Assembly (NCBI GenBank): GCA_000442015.1
Contig: KE560897.1
Coordinates: forward strand, 1 to 58,035
DNA length: 58,035 bases
Reading direction: 5' to 3'
Source: Rozella allomycis CSF55
Lineage: Eukaryota
Shown: positions 41,159-53,100 of the stretch, piece by piece
Numbering within the stretch: position 1 is the stretch's first letter
Layout of the letters: each line of letters opens with the position of its first letter
Notes under the pieces: model-generated
Seen by the model: the letters and a program-made list of their open reading frames with translations, nothing else
Database searches by the model: none
What the model was told of the DNA's origin: nothing
Position numbers and translations under genes: made by a program

Positions 41159-42166
41159 TCACTTTAATTTTCTAACGCATTTCACGTATAATATCTTTTT
41201 AACGTCAACGGGCAGGTTGCAGCTCTTCAACTTTACAATATTTTCTACCATATCAAATTCGCCGTTTCTTAAAAGTTTATTCAAGATGTTATAAATTGTT
41301 AATCGAAAGAATGGAATCTGGCGATTCATCCATCGCAATCTCCGGTCAAGAAGACCCATTGAGTGACGAGATAACTTTAATAATTTAATGCAAAATTGAA
41401 TGTAAGATCGATATGTTAGCACATAATTATTTAGCCTGGATCTTCTACCAGAGTATGACAAGAAATTCAACGTTCGTCTCGTTTCACGCTCTGATTTCAA
41501 ATTCATCGGTACATTGACTCCATAGGCCTTTAATAAACTGCCAAATCCGTTAATCTGAAGTTTATGCATTAAAGACATTGAAATTGGCGTACCACTTTCA
41601 ACACATTTTTCAAAACACATTCGCGTAAGTTCCTTTTCCTTATTTCTTATTGACCAATTCAGGAGAACTTCATATTTCTTTACTTGCATTTTCGAGAATA
41701 CGTATGAGATTATAGCCTTATCGCAATCGATGTGCACACAAATTTGAAGGATTCTGTTGAGCTCTTCATCAGACAGTTCAGACTCATGGCTTATCTTGAC
41801 GAGAAATTTATCAATTTGTCCACTTGTCCAATCCAAATTGCCGCTTACTCGTTTTGGCAATTTCTTGTAAATGTTAGCGAAATATTTCGGATACAAAGAC
41901 GGATTGTAAAGTAGAAAATACAAAGCGGTCATATTCTCAAGTGAGTTCGTACCAACAATGGCAGTGGATTGTTTAAGCATATCAAAAGCTGCTGTATATT
42001 TCTTAAGCATCAAATTTCTCTGTATGCCCAACCAATATTGTTTTTCTAGTGCTTTCAATGAAGATGAGTTGAGTGGTCTTATTTGCGTATTCTTCTCGAC
42101 AACTTTGGCGAATTTGATTAAAACAGCATTTTGGCGATACTTTTGAGCAGCCTTGATGAAACTCAT
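41159..42166 (-). CDS. Unknown basic helical protein, possibly mitochondrial (PPR-like at most)
   Basis: Intronless ORF of ~335 aa; only weak helical-repeat character. Confidence 0.55.
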   Translation of the reverse strand: MSFIKAAQKYRQNAVLIKFAKVVEKNTQIRPLNSSSLKALEKQYWLGIQRNLMLKKYTAAFDMLKQSTAIVGTNSLENMTALYFLLYNPSLYPKYFANIYKKLPKRVSGNLDWTSGQIDKFLVKISHESELSDEELNRILQICVHIDCDKAIISYVFSKMQVKKYEVLLNWSIRNKEKELTRMCFEKCVESGTPISMSLMHKLQINGFGSLLKAYGVNVPMNLKSERETRRTLNFLSYSGRRSRLNNYVLTYRSYIQFCIKLLKLSRHSMGLLDRRLRWMNRQIPFFRLTIYNILNKLLRNGEFDMVENIVKLKSCNLPVDVKKILYVKCVRKLK

Positions 42167-42281
42167 AATTTTCAAGATTTGTTTGTTGAACAAAATTTGT
42201 TCAAAGATATTATAAAGCCCGGACGGATCAATTTCAACTTTAGATTGATTAATTGACGGCAGTTACAACAAGGGTATTGAC

Positions 42282-43330
42282 ATGAAAAGCGAATCAAGAG
42301 TCTCCGTAATTGGCTCTGTAAATATTGACGAATTCTATTATGTGAATAAAATTGCGGCACCTGGAGAAACAGTTCAAAGCACAAAACTTGACGTGCGCGT
42401 AGGTGGAAAAGGTGTTGAATTAGTGTAGTTTTGAATTTTAGGCTTCAATCAAGCAGCAGCAGTGGCATGCGTAACTAATTATATTTATTTGAACAGTGCT
42501 TGATACATGTAGAGCTCTTTGCTGCAATAGGATCCAACAATTATGATATGATTTACGAATATTCAAAAGAGTTTCCTTTCTTGGATGCGCATTTGATCAA
42601 AATAGACAATATTGAAACAGGAAAAGCGTTTATTCAAAAATCAAATGCTGAAAACTGCATTGTTCTGCTACCTGGGGCTAATGTGTTTTTGAGTCCATCA
42701 CATCTCTCATTCTCGTCTGCAAGTGAATACATTATACTTCAAAATGAGACTAGTATTGATTTAAAGTTTCTAATCAATATGGATTCAGGCCTCAAGATTG
42801 TTTACAATCCATCCCCTTTCAAAAAAGTTGATGTTTCGGACTTGATGAAAGTAGACTATCTTTTTATCAATAGCTCCGAATTTGAATGCCTAATTGCTTT
42901 ATTAGAAATTGATAAAGTCAATAACATTAATCACTCTTTAGATTTAATAGGTCAAAAGTTACCTGCTACAAGCATCGTATTGTCATTGGGAGGCAAAGGA
43001 CTCTATTCCTTATTTGATGGAAGGAAAAAGTTTTATTCAGTCTATCCTTCATCTAATGTGGTCGATTCTACTGGATGTGGGGATGTATTGCTAGGCTTCT
43101 TTGTTGGTGCGTTGAGTATACTCGATAGGCCGGCAACACGTGAAGAACATGTTCAATTAAAGGCGTGGAAAAACACAAAAAATAATATTACTGACAGAGA
43201 AGCGGCATTGCTTGTGGGTATTTGTGCTGCTTCGTTGGCGCTTGAGTATGAGGGATGTGCACCATCAATATCCTTGGATGCAGTCATTAAAAGACTTAGT
43301 GAAGAAAAAATTAAAATGGAAGTTCAATAA
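42282..43330 (+). CDS. RBK1: Ribokinase (PfkB family)
   Basis: VIGSVNID, PGET, GGKG|FNQA, ILQNE, YNPSP, VVDSTGCGD. Confidence 0.9.
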
Positions 43331-43361
43331 AAAGAGTTCTTCAAAATGTTTATTTACTTTG

Positions 43362-44324
43362 TCATTTACGGCCTGTCCTCGAAATCAAATAGTAAATTAA
43401 TGCTGTGGAAAATCCTTGTGATGCAGTGAAAAATGAATGGGTCAGGAACAAGAATGGTATTGGATTAGTAGGATCTAGCATATTCTGGACTCTATTTACT
43501 GACCCCCAAATCCAAGTGAAGAAAACAGCAATAATAAAATAGCTAGAATGCTTCACATAAATGAAGGCTGCTTTGGAGAGCTTAAACGCTTTCTTCTTTT
43601 GCTTTAGTGAATCTGCTTCCGATTCCCTCCCGATTGTTGAAGTCGGAGCTTGAGACGTTGATGGATTCGTGTTTTCGTTGGCGTTGTCCTTATCTTTCTT
43701 GAAAGATTCGATTGAAATTTTCCATTTCATTATTACGTATACAATAACATTTATAATCAGAACAACCCAGATAGGTACGTAAAATAATGCCATCCTCAAG
43801 GTAGAATACTGGGGCGTAATCCAACACCTCATTTACAATTAGCAGCAAATAAATTACCACAGAACCGAGTTACCGTATACATCGGATGGGTAGAACAATA
43901 ATATGGAACTTGGCAAAACTGTTCCCACGAATACCGCAAAGTGATAAAACTTTTCGAACTTTTCAACTTGTTGCAGTGTGTATTTTCTTTTAAACTTAAT
44001 AAGCAGATTTAAAGCCATAAAGCCGGTGTACAATACACCACCAAGCAAAAATTGAATGAAAAATCCTTGAAGCTCACAAAGGCCTTTAACCCCGATTCCC
44101 GACCTTTGGATTTCAATGTAAATAATAAATTACTCTCCAATTATGGTCCCCAAATTTCCAATTAAACAGTAAATCGCTGTTGAAAATACAAGGCGGTTAG
44201 CAGGAGTACGATACGTCTTATCATACAAATAAGAAGCAATCACAAAAAGACATCCTAATATTGATAAAGCACTCGAGACTCTGATTAATATTTGTGATGC
44301 GAAAGTTACATCTCTCGAGAGCAT
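43362..44324 (-). CDS. cAMP-receptor-like (CAR/CRL family) GPCR, 3 exons
   Basis: SALSILGC, RTPANRLVF, LCELQGFFIQ, YGNSVLW|CWI, RMALFYVPIW, WIWGSVNRV, SQGF. Confidence 0.88.
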
Positions 44325-44436
44325 TTCGGATGTGTTGCTATGGATTGATAAGTGCCAGATTTAAATATTACGATCACATTTGATCTTTGTCTATTCACAA
44401 GAATATCAATATGTTAAAGCTGTATCATACTTATAT

Positions 44437-45438
44437 TTATTTTTTCAAGTTTTTGTGTCGGGTAACAAGAACGTATATGCTGGCATTCACTAATCCTTGG
44501 CATGTTCCAATGCTACAATGCATGATAAAAAGAAAAGAATTTGGATTCGCTATTTTATTAAACTGTTTGTATATCATTACCAGGATCTATCATATTTTGT
44601 ATTCTGTTCACTGTTGCCTGTTGGCCAAATCCAAACACATATGCCTCCAATTATAAAGTAGCTAGCCTGCCTAATGTAGATATATGTTGCCTTTGACAAA
44701 TTTTTCGATATCTTTTTCTTTTCATTGTCAGTCCCATTTGTGCCTGGCTTTACGGAATCCATGTCTTCATTCCTTGCTAAGCTTTCTTTTTTCCATGTTT
44801 TAAACTAGCATAACTACGATAAGAACTCTTTACTTTCATGAAAAAATACACAAATATGTTAAATGAAAGAACTATCCATATCGGAATGTAAAACACGCCC
44901 ATTCTTAGTGCCCCAAATTCAGGCTTTACCCAACACCTTTTATGAGTAATCGAATGAATGTGTACCACAACGTAGAATTTCATATGTATCAAAAAGTTGA
45001 GGTACAAAGAGTAATGAAATTGCTGGAGTAAACGATAGCAAAAATACACAAAAATGATAAAGTTTTTCGATTTTTTCGATTCTTTTTAGGTTAAACCTCC
45101 TGCTAAATTTTAACAGAAGATTTAGCGACATGCATCCATTATACAATACGCTACCAACCAATCTGACTTGTTTAGAACTCCTTGAAGTTGACAAAGCCAT
45201 GAATAGTCAAAAGATTGTCTATAATGAAAAAAATTCGCCGTTACGTGCCTATAACACTTCCTATTGATCCAACAGCGCAGTAAAAGGCTGTGTAGAAAAC
45301 TAATTTTGTCGCTGGTATTCTGTAATTTTTATCATAAAGATATGTTAAAATCACAAAAATGGATCCTAAGAGTGACAGACTAGGAAATATTTTTGTAAGC
45401 ACTTTTAGAGTTTCTAAAGTTTCCAAAGGTAACGGCAT
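44437..45438 (-). pseudogene. Frameshifted tandem paralog of the CAR-like GPCR
   Basis: Same motifs as its neighbour, but with apparent 1-nt deletions near 45172 and 44980 and a 7-nt duplication at 44611-44617. Confidence 0.8.
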
Positions 45439-45513
45439 GTTGCTATAGTAATACAATATCCGCAGACTTGCAGTGGACAATATACATGGTGCTTTGATAC
45501 GTTAAGGTTCAAA

Positions 45514-47118
45514 ATGAGGATTATCGGTGGCTCAGCAATGGCAACCTTATTGGTAGCTAAAATTTGTACGATATACAATGAAAATACCCTGCAACATAAG
45601 CATTTGAGATATAGCTTTATTAATTCCATACTAACATATGATAATTTAATACTAGGATCCTCCGATAAGTTGTTTATTCATGCAAACTGCATTTTAGCGG
45701 CTAATGATATAAAAAGGGACGACTTGATAGCCTTTCATATAAGGGAAGGTCAGAAATATGTGGAAAAAGAAATTGGTTCTTCTGGATCTCTTTTCTTCTA
45801 TGCATGTGTAATGTGCGACCAGGTTTTAAATGAAAACCAAGCAAAAGCATTTGTGAATTTATGTATAAAGTCGAAACAAATCGTATACTCCTTCAAAATT
45901 TATGAAGTGATGACAACAAGATATCTAGATGTAGAGAACATTTGTCTAGAAGCCGAGAAACTTGCTAAATCTAATAACAGAATGGATGTTAAAGTAACTA
46001 ATTATTAATGCAAAGACAGAAATATTTTGAAGCCGTTAGATGTAGGTTTTACTTTCTAAATAAGAACTTTCAGCAATTGGATGCTTTGTTGTCTCAATGG
46101 GAAACTGATGCGCTCGTTAATTCAGAGACTGATGCATTTGATATAGAGGCACTAAAGGCAGAAATTGAATTTATAAAGATTTTAACATATCTGCAGCAAG
46201 GTAAATGGGCGCTAGCACAAGAAATATTGCAATCATCGAAATTGCCAGAATCTAATGATAAAAAGTATCTTCTACCATCATGGCGAACAAACGATGAATT
46301 ATATGTAATGTTCCACATTATTGGATATCTTTCAATGAGGCATGAATCTTCCAACAAAGCTGAATTACTTTTGCAAGTAGCCGAAAAGGAAATTCAAAAT
46401 GTTTCAAATTCTACATGGAAAAGAATAACTTTGTTCATGATTTATTGCTACAAAATTGAGACTTTTGTTTCACAAGAAAGGTTTGAAGAAATAGAAAAGG
46501 TAAAATTCTGAGTTAAAGGAGAAAATAGTGTCTGATTGAATTTTCAAACGTTTCGCAAGATATTGATCGTTTAGATCAATTGGACATTTGGAAGAGATTT
46601 TTATTTGTTTTCGCATTATTACAACAGGCCAGAGGTGACTATGAAGCCGCTAACGTTTTCTATGATTTGAGCGCCAGAGATTGTATAGAACTAGATTTAA
46701 AAGTTATCGCGCTATCCCAAATGCTGCAAATACACGTGATTGGAGCAAATAAAACCGAAGAGATCATATCAATTAAAAAGGCCTTAGTAAAGATTGTTGA
46801 CGAAACTCAACCATATCTCGCTGTTCTCCTTCAAATTATAGATTGTATTTCTCTTATTTACTACGATGATTGTGTTGAAGCGAGGTATCCATAATTCATT
46901 CAACTCAGTATAGAAAAGGCCTGTATGACATCCTTGCCCAATTAACAGAGTCCGTTCATGACAATGTACTAAAAGGTACAGCTCTAATTCTTCTGTACCA
47001 TACTTATAAAAATTCAAGTGACGAATTTGCGGAGAAAACATTAAAGGCAGCACAGTTAATTATAAGCAGGAAGAAGATAGCAAACTCTTTACTTTGTGAA
47101 CTTTGTAAAATAGAATAA
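45514..47118 (+). CDS. TPR-like helical protein, probable cohesin loader Mau2/Scc4
   Basis: Multi-exon helical repeats; WRTNDELYVMFHII, LQQARGDYEAA and AEKTLKAA resemble recalled Mau2 blocks. Start uncertain. Confidence 0.5.
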
Positions 47119-47211
47119 ATATATTAACATTCAATCATTAAATGTCTTTAAACTGTCATCATTTTTAAATCTATATTTGCCTGAAAAATTCTTCGACCCC
47201 TGCAATTCGAA

Positions 47212-47686
47212 ATGGAAAAAACATACATCATGGTAAAGCCAGACGGAGTCCAACGTGGACTTGTCGGCGAAATTATCAAGCGCTTTGAACAAAAAGGATA
47301 CCAACTTTTGGCTGCCAAACTCGCTCAACCATCTCGCAAAGTCCTCGAAGAACACTACAAGGATCTTTCAGCTCGTTCCTTCTTTCCTTCTTTGATTGAA
47401 TACATGAGCTCCGGTCCAGTTATGTGCCTTGTATTTTCAGGAAAGGGAGTTGTCAAGACTGGTCGCTTATTACTTGGTGAAACCAATCCTTTGAGCTCTC
47501 TTCCAGGTACCATCCGTGGTGACTTTTGCGTTGAAGTTGGCAGGTAAATGTTAGCAACTAGATTTAAATAGAAATGTTTGCCATGGATCTGACAGCGTTG
47601 AATCTGCTGAACGTGAAATCAAATTGTGGTTCCCTGAAGGAATCATTGAATACAAGAGAGCCGTTGATCAATGGATCTATGAATAA
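47212..47686 (+). CDS. NDK1: Nucleoside diphosphate kinase
   Basis: [34 protein letters not shown]; one short intron. Confidence 0.98.
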
Positions 47687-48022
47687 ATTAAGAAAATTAG
47701 ATAAAGTGTCTAATTGTTAATTAACTTTGTCACTTAATGTCTAGTTATTTTTGATTTCTTTGAACAGTGACCGATATATTCCTAATCCGCGCAGAAACCT
47801 ATATGTAGCTAGATATTTGTCGATATGTGCTTATGACTTTATCTTTGAATCAACAGTAACTTTAAATATTGTTATAACAAACGCATTTGAAACACATTAG
47901 ATTAATGCTTCGTTTGATGTTTATAGCATGTTTGTGTGTAAATGTCACAAGCACGTGTAACACGTTTCCAAGTTTCCGTATCGGTATCCTTAAAACGCTC
48001 AATTACCCTTGTTTAACTATAA

Positions 48023-49561
48023 ATGCTAACAAGAACGGTTGCTTTCTGTCTCGCATTGTTAAACATTGCTTTTGCTAGCATCATTCATGTCCCTGTGCTA
48101 TACGATAAGACTACGAATGTGATCATTTCAGCCTATGAAACCAGCCAAATCCTTTATGGCGAAACTATTAGCAACCTCTGGTACCAATATGTTTTTCGGT
48201 GCACGAAAGAAACGATTCCCGAACGCATGGACCTTTGGAACTTTAGGAAGCTTGTGACTAACACATTGACAAAATTTTCTTGGCCTCAATATCAAGGGCC
48301 ATTGTCAGAGATTCATTACCAATTCTCTCAAATCCCCGTTCCTGGATATTCCCGTTTGGGTGTGTATGCACTTCCTGTTCCAGCAACATTTTACGATCTT
48401 TTCAGTATCGCTATGCATGTGGATAATAAATACGAAGAATCTGATGAAGTGAATATGTTTTTGTATTCTATGACTTCAACCAATCCAATCAGAGAGAAAT
48501 TCTTGGCTTATGGGTACTTAGAAAATGAACAGTGGGATCACTTGGTGAAAATGGATATCATGTCAAAGTTTGCTCGTAGTGTTCAAGGCTACAACATAAG
48601 AAGTTGGAACAAGGGAAGGTATTTTGAAAGATTGAACGTGAGAGCGAAAAATTATTTGAACAAAGTTGCAGACTTTGCATACATAATTGAAAGAAGAAGT
48701 GACAAAAATTCTCCTATTCCGCCAGAGTTATCTACATTATACGAAACCATATATGGACAAAAACCAAAATTTGAAAAGTGCGAGGTAGTTTACTGTATCA
48801 AGGCAAAGAACTCTGCAGTGATTTTGAATTCATGGCCAAGATCATTATACTTTTTCGACTCGGATCCTTACTTTGATGGTGATGCAAATGAATTCAAGAA
48901 GACAAGTTTGATTGCCAAGGTTATAAAATCTGAATGGAATGCCTATTATTTGGAACAAAAGGTTCTTTTGTACACTGCCAGAGATGTCATTGGATCAAGA
49001 AAGCCTGTATTATTAGATTTCCCAATGCCAGTTCATCTGGTTCCACAGAAGAATAATGTCCAAAATGTTGCCAACATTCTGAACATTGCAAAACGATACC
49101 CCCTCATACCTGGAAAGAGCATGCCTTTCCGATACACTTTTCTATCTGGTTTCATGAGGGATAATGTAGCAGCCACAAGATATGCCGCTGTTACTTTTCC
49201 AAGCATGATGACGTTTGCGCAAATTAATGTTGAGAATGGAAATCATATCATATATGCGTACAAAATGACGGTTGATGAAGCTAAAGAATTCTTTGATCTT
49301 CCACAAACTCCGATAAAAGACCTAATATATGCAAATAATCCGAGCGCGCTGCCATTCCTGAACTTGAGCGATGAAAATAGTCGCTATTCTCGTCTACCGA
49401 GCTATCGTATGTCATGGAACAAGTTAAAGAAGTTCATGAAAGAACATTACGACAATAAGGTGTTGCTACTTAATGAGAATGGTTTGTTTGAAGGGAATGA
49501 AGATGATATGAAGATTCTAAAATACGCTGATATCGCGAACGAAATGGAAAAATCTAAATAA
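48023..49561 (+). CDS. Unknown secreted protein (512 aa)
   Basis: Signal peptide MLTRTVAFCLALLNIAFA; intronless; no recognised domain. Confidence 0.7.
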   Translation: MLTRTVAFCLALLNIAFASIIHVPVLYDKTTNVIISAYETSQILYGETISNLWYQYVFRCTKETIPERMDLWNFRKLVTNTLTKFSWPQYQGPLSEIHYQFSQIPVPGYSRLGVYALPVPATFYDLFSIAMHVDNKYEESDEVNMFLYSMTSTNPIREKFLAYGYLENEQWDHLVKMDIMSKFARSVQGYNIRSWNKGRYFERLNVRAKNYLNKVADFAYIIERRSDKNSPIPPELSTLYETIYGQKPKFEKCEVVYCIKAKNSAVILNSWPRSLYFFDSDPYFDGDANEFKKTSLIAKVIKSEWNAYYLEQKVLLYTARDVIGSRKPVLLDFPMPVHLVPQKNNVQNVANILNIAKRYPLIPGKSMPFRYTFLSGFMRDNVAATRYAAVTFPSMMTFAQINVENGNHIIYAYKMTVDEAKEFFDLPQTPIKDLIYANNPSALPFLNLSDENSRYSRLPSYRMSWNKLKKFMKEHYDNKVLLLNENGLFEGNEDDMKILKYADIANEMEKSK

Positions 49562-49654
49562 AATCACTTGCATAATGTATAAAAGTTTCATTTATTTAAA
49601 AGTAATGGTTTTGACAAACATGGCATTCTTAATTCTGAAATTGGATTAATTAAT

Positions 49655-50110
49655 ATGCCCATTGTTTATCTAACAAGGAAAGAGCACTTCTCATCTGCCC
49701 ATCGCCTAGAATCAAAATATTTAACTGAAATTCAGAATAGAGAAGTGTATTCCAAATGTTTCGGAATTCACGGCCACAACTACACACTGAAAGTCACATT
49801 GCGGGGAACTATAGTGTAATAAAGCACATATAAATAAATAGTAAAGAGACGGGAATGGTGATTAATATAACTGACATGAAGCGGATCATTCAAGAACATG
49901 TATTGAAGAAATTGGACCACAAAAATCTTGGAGATCTGGAGTACTTTCAAAATGAACCGAGGTACAACAGTTACAATAGCGTATCCTAGTACAGCTGAAA
50001 ATATCGCGATATTTATATGGAATGAATTGAAGCCTCATTTTGGAGATTTGTTATACGAAGTGAAGTTGAAAGAAACTGAAAACAATACAGCCATTTACCG
50101 AGGCGAATAA
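49655..50110 (+). CDS. PTS: 6-pyruvoyl tetrahydropterin synthase
   Basis: FSSAHRL, KC..IHGHNY, TGMVINITD, LDHKNL, P|STAENIA, ETENN...YRGE; two short introns. Confidence 0.93.
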
Positions 50111-50185
50111 AAAATAGAAAGAAATTAATACCAATTTCATAATATAATAATTATATAGCCCACTTTCCAAATAACAAATCTTTAT

Positions 50186-53100
50186 TTAATCACTTAAACT
50201 GCAAAGCGCCGCCACTCCTCTATTAATCCAATGCGATTCCTGCAAATCAGTCGGCAGTCTAATAGAAAGCACATAATTAGTGCTATGCCCCGTCGTCGAC
50301 AATGTGCCTCTTCTCGTCGCCGTCTTGTAAACCGGACAATCATACGCATTCCTCTGCGCGATTTTTGCTCGATCCATCGGCTTGAACCACAGCACAGGCA
50401 GCTGGTCAAACAAAACTTTAGGCAGCGATTCAGCGAGCATATGCGTTTCCGAATTCCAGCGCGCGCCTTCAAGGTACAGTCCGTGCACATACACACCATC
50501 AACCGGCGGCACTTTGGTGTTGGTGCTGCCATCTAGAATTTCAAAATCTAATGCGAGGATATCAATTGGCAGAGAGAATTTGCGTGCATAGTTTTGTAAG
50601 CAGCCGGTGAGAAACGATTGCGTGAAAAAGAAGCCTGAAATCCAAAAGACGGGTGGTGGGCCGTTATCGTACCAGCTTTGGAAAAAGGATATGCGATTGA
50701 GGAAATCTGAAAAGTAGCTGCCGAGTGGTTTGATTGATGGATACGATTTGCTCAACCACAGTGGAGGTATTTTGGCAATGAGCATTGATTGAGCGGTTGT
50801 TTCTAGTTGCGGAGTCATAAGAACGAGTCCTTTTAATGCCTTGAGAAGTGAATTGAGAGATGACCGAATGAGATCCAAAAGAGCTTGGAATCTGATGCAT
50901 TCCTGGATGAGAACTGTGTTCATGCTATCATTGTAATTAACAGGATACTTTGTAGTGATATCAACCATATTAAAGTCATTGGGTAGTCTATTAAGTAAAT
51001 CCGAAGCTAGATCGATGATTAATTGTTCATTAGATTGACCACCCCTTGATTCAGTAGAATTTTGTGTCAAAAGAACAGCAGACAAGAGATTGAAAGTTTC
51101 CAGTTGATTCTTTGTAATATCAGCGTTGTCATTCAAGTGAAATACTTCAGGTTTAGAATCCATTGGCAGATTTTTGATAAATTCGAGGTACGAATCAAAA
51201 GAAGAATTTGTAGGCCGAGGAGCGAAATAAATTCCACTGTTGGAAAACTTGTAATCATCGTCCATAATCTTGGGAGTGTAGAAAATGTTCAATAAACTCA
51301 TCAAAGTTCTTCTATCCTTGTCATCAGTTACTCTTCCACCATACTATTAAAATAAATGAATAAACTTACGTTGCATTCACCAGTTAAATATCTTAGCGCA
51401 TCAAAAGGAATTTCATCGTAGCTATTCAAAAAGATTCTCACTTGTCTCGCACTAATTCTCAAATCTGTATCATCTTTAATCAAAAATATTAAGCATGGTT
51501 ACTAAATTCATAAGGAATATTCCAACCAATCGGACCATACTGCCTCCTCTCCTGGATAACAGCATGGAAGAAGCACAACCCAAACAATAATTTCTCAAAA
51601 GCGACTTGTTTATTGCATCCATTAAAGAACGAAGGCTCAGAGATGGGATCTCCAGTGAATGATCTATAAAGATTAGCTTTCAATCCCTTTGGAGGTTCCG
51701 TTGTCATTTTCACACCATTTTGCAGAATGGAAACAGGAAACTTTTCAGAAGGATACGAAGTCAACCAAAGTCTAAAATTTGGATTAGTTTGATCAGGCGA
51801 CAACTCTTCAACAATCTGCTCAAGCGACGGGAGCCAGGAGACAGCTAAATGGCAGTTCTGGAGAATCACCCAGGACCCTTCAGAAATGGCTCTTGTGATA
51901 ATCCTGCTAGCGATAACCCCCTGGCCCTGTCCAAGCGAAATTGAGCTGATCTTCTTGTCATCAAATCCCTTTGATTCAGCAAACTTTAGCAACCCAGTCA
52001 TTGGATCAGCACCAGGCGACAAGACAAATATCAATGGCGTTGTTGGACTGCTATCACTGTAACAAGAAGACAGCTCAAATGGCGGTGGTTCAACAAACTC
52101 ATTGCCAAGCGACTCTTTAACAAACTTTTTAACACCAGGCACAAGCTTATCAGAACGGAAACACCTCAACACTATCAGTTTCTGGAATAGAGATAATTCA
52201 GAATCCCATTTCCCTGGCAATGGCAGTTCATGTGGATCAGCATGATCATTAAAGTGTTTCCAATCATTCAAATTCAAAGTGAAATCAGCGAGAAATGAAT
52301 TAAAAGCAGGTAAATTGATCAATCTGTTTAATTCAGCCCAAGTTTTCTCTGATATCCACGACTTGTCAGGATTTGGCGGGATTTCCTTTTCAATAGACAA
52401 GCCACCAGTTAGCAAAAATCGCCATTCTTCTTCATTAATTTTATCGTGAGATTTAAGAATAGAAGAACAAAGCAAGAGAGAAAACACAAGTTTATCTTTT
52501 TCAAACAGAGATCGACAGACATTGTTGTATAGAGATTTAGTGAAATGATTTTTCAGATTTAGCAGGCGGTCTGAAACATTTGAAGACTTTTCGCTGTTTT
52601 CAATTGAAGAAATAAACAGATTAATGAACCATGGGAGAGAGTATTGGTACATTGGCTCAATATTAGCTAAATCAGAAATACAAAAAAACAAGATAGAAGA
52701 ATGAGTAGCAATTGAAGTGTATCCTAATCGAATTTCATCGATTTCTTTTTCTGTTGCTTCTGCGGTTGCTTGCTTTTCTTTCACTTGATTAGCTAAAACT
52801 TTTGAAGAAGATAAGATTTGAATTGCAGTTTCATCTTCTAAAATATTCCCTTGCGATGATGAAAGAATTTCTAAAATTTTATCTTCAATTTCTTTCAATT
52901 GTCGTTTATTGTCTGCTGATTGAACGATTAATTGATTTTTCATTTCTTCCAATTCTGGTCTTTCCTTTGCTATAGTAATGCCTAAGTAAGTTGTGAATAT
53001 CTATGTTACCTATATTAGTCTTTAATAACCTATTTACCTAGTAATTGATCTTCAAGCCCCTCTTTAGTTATCATAAAATTGATAATAGTAACTTTAGTAG

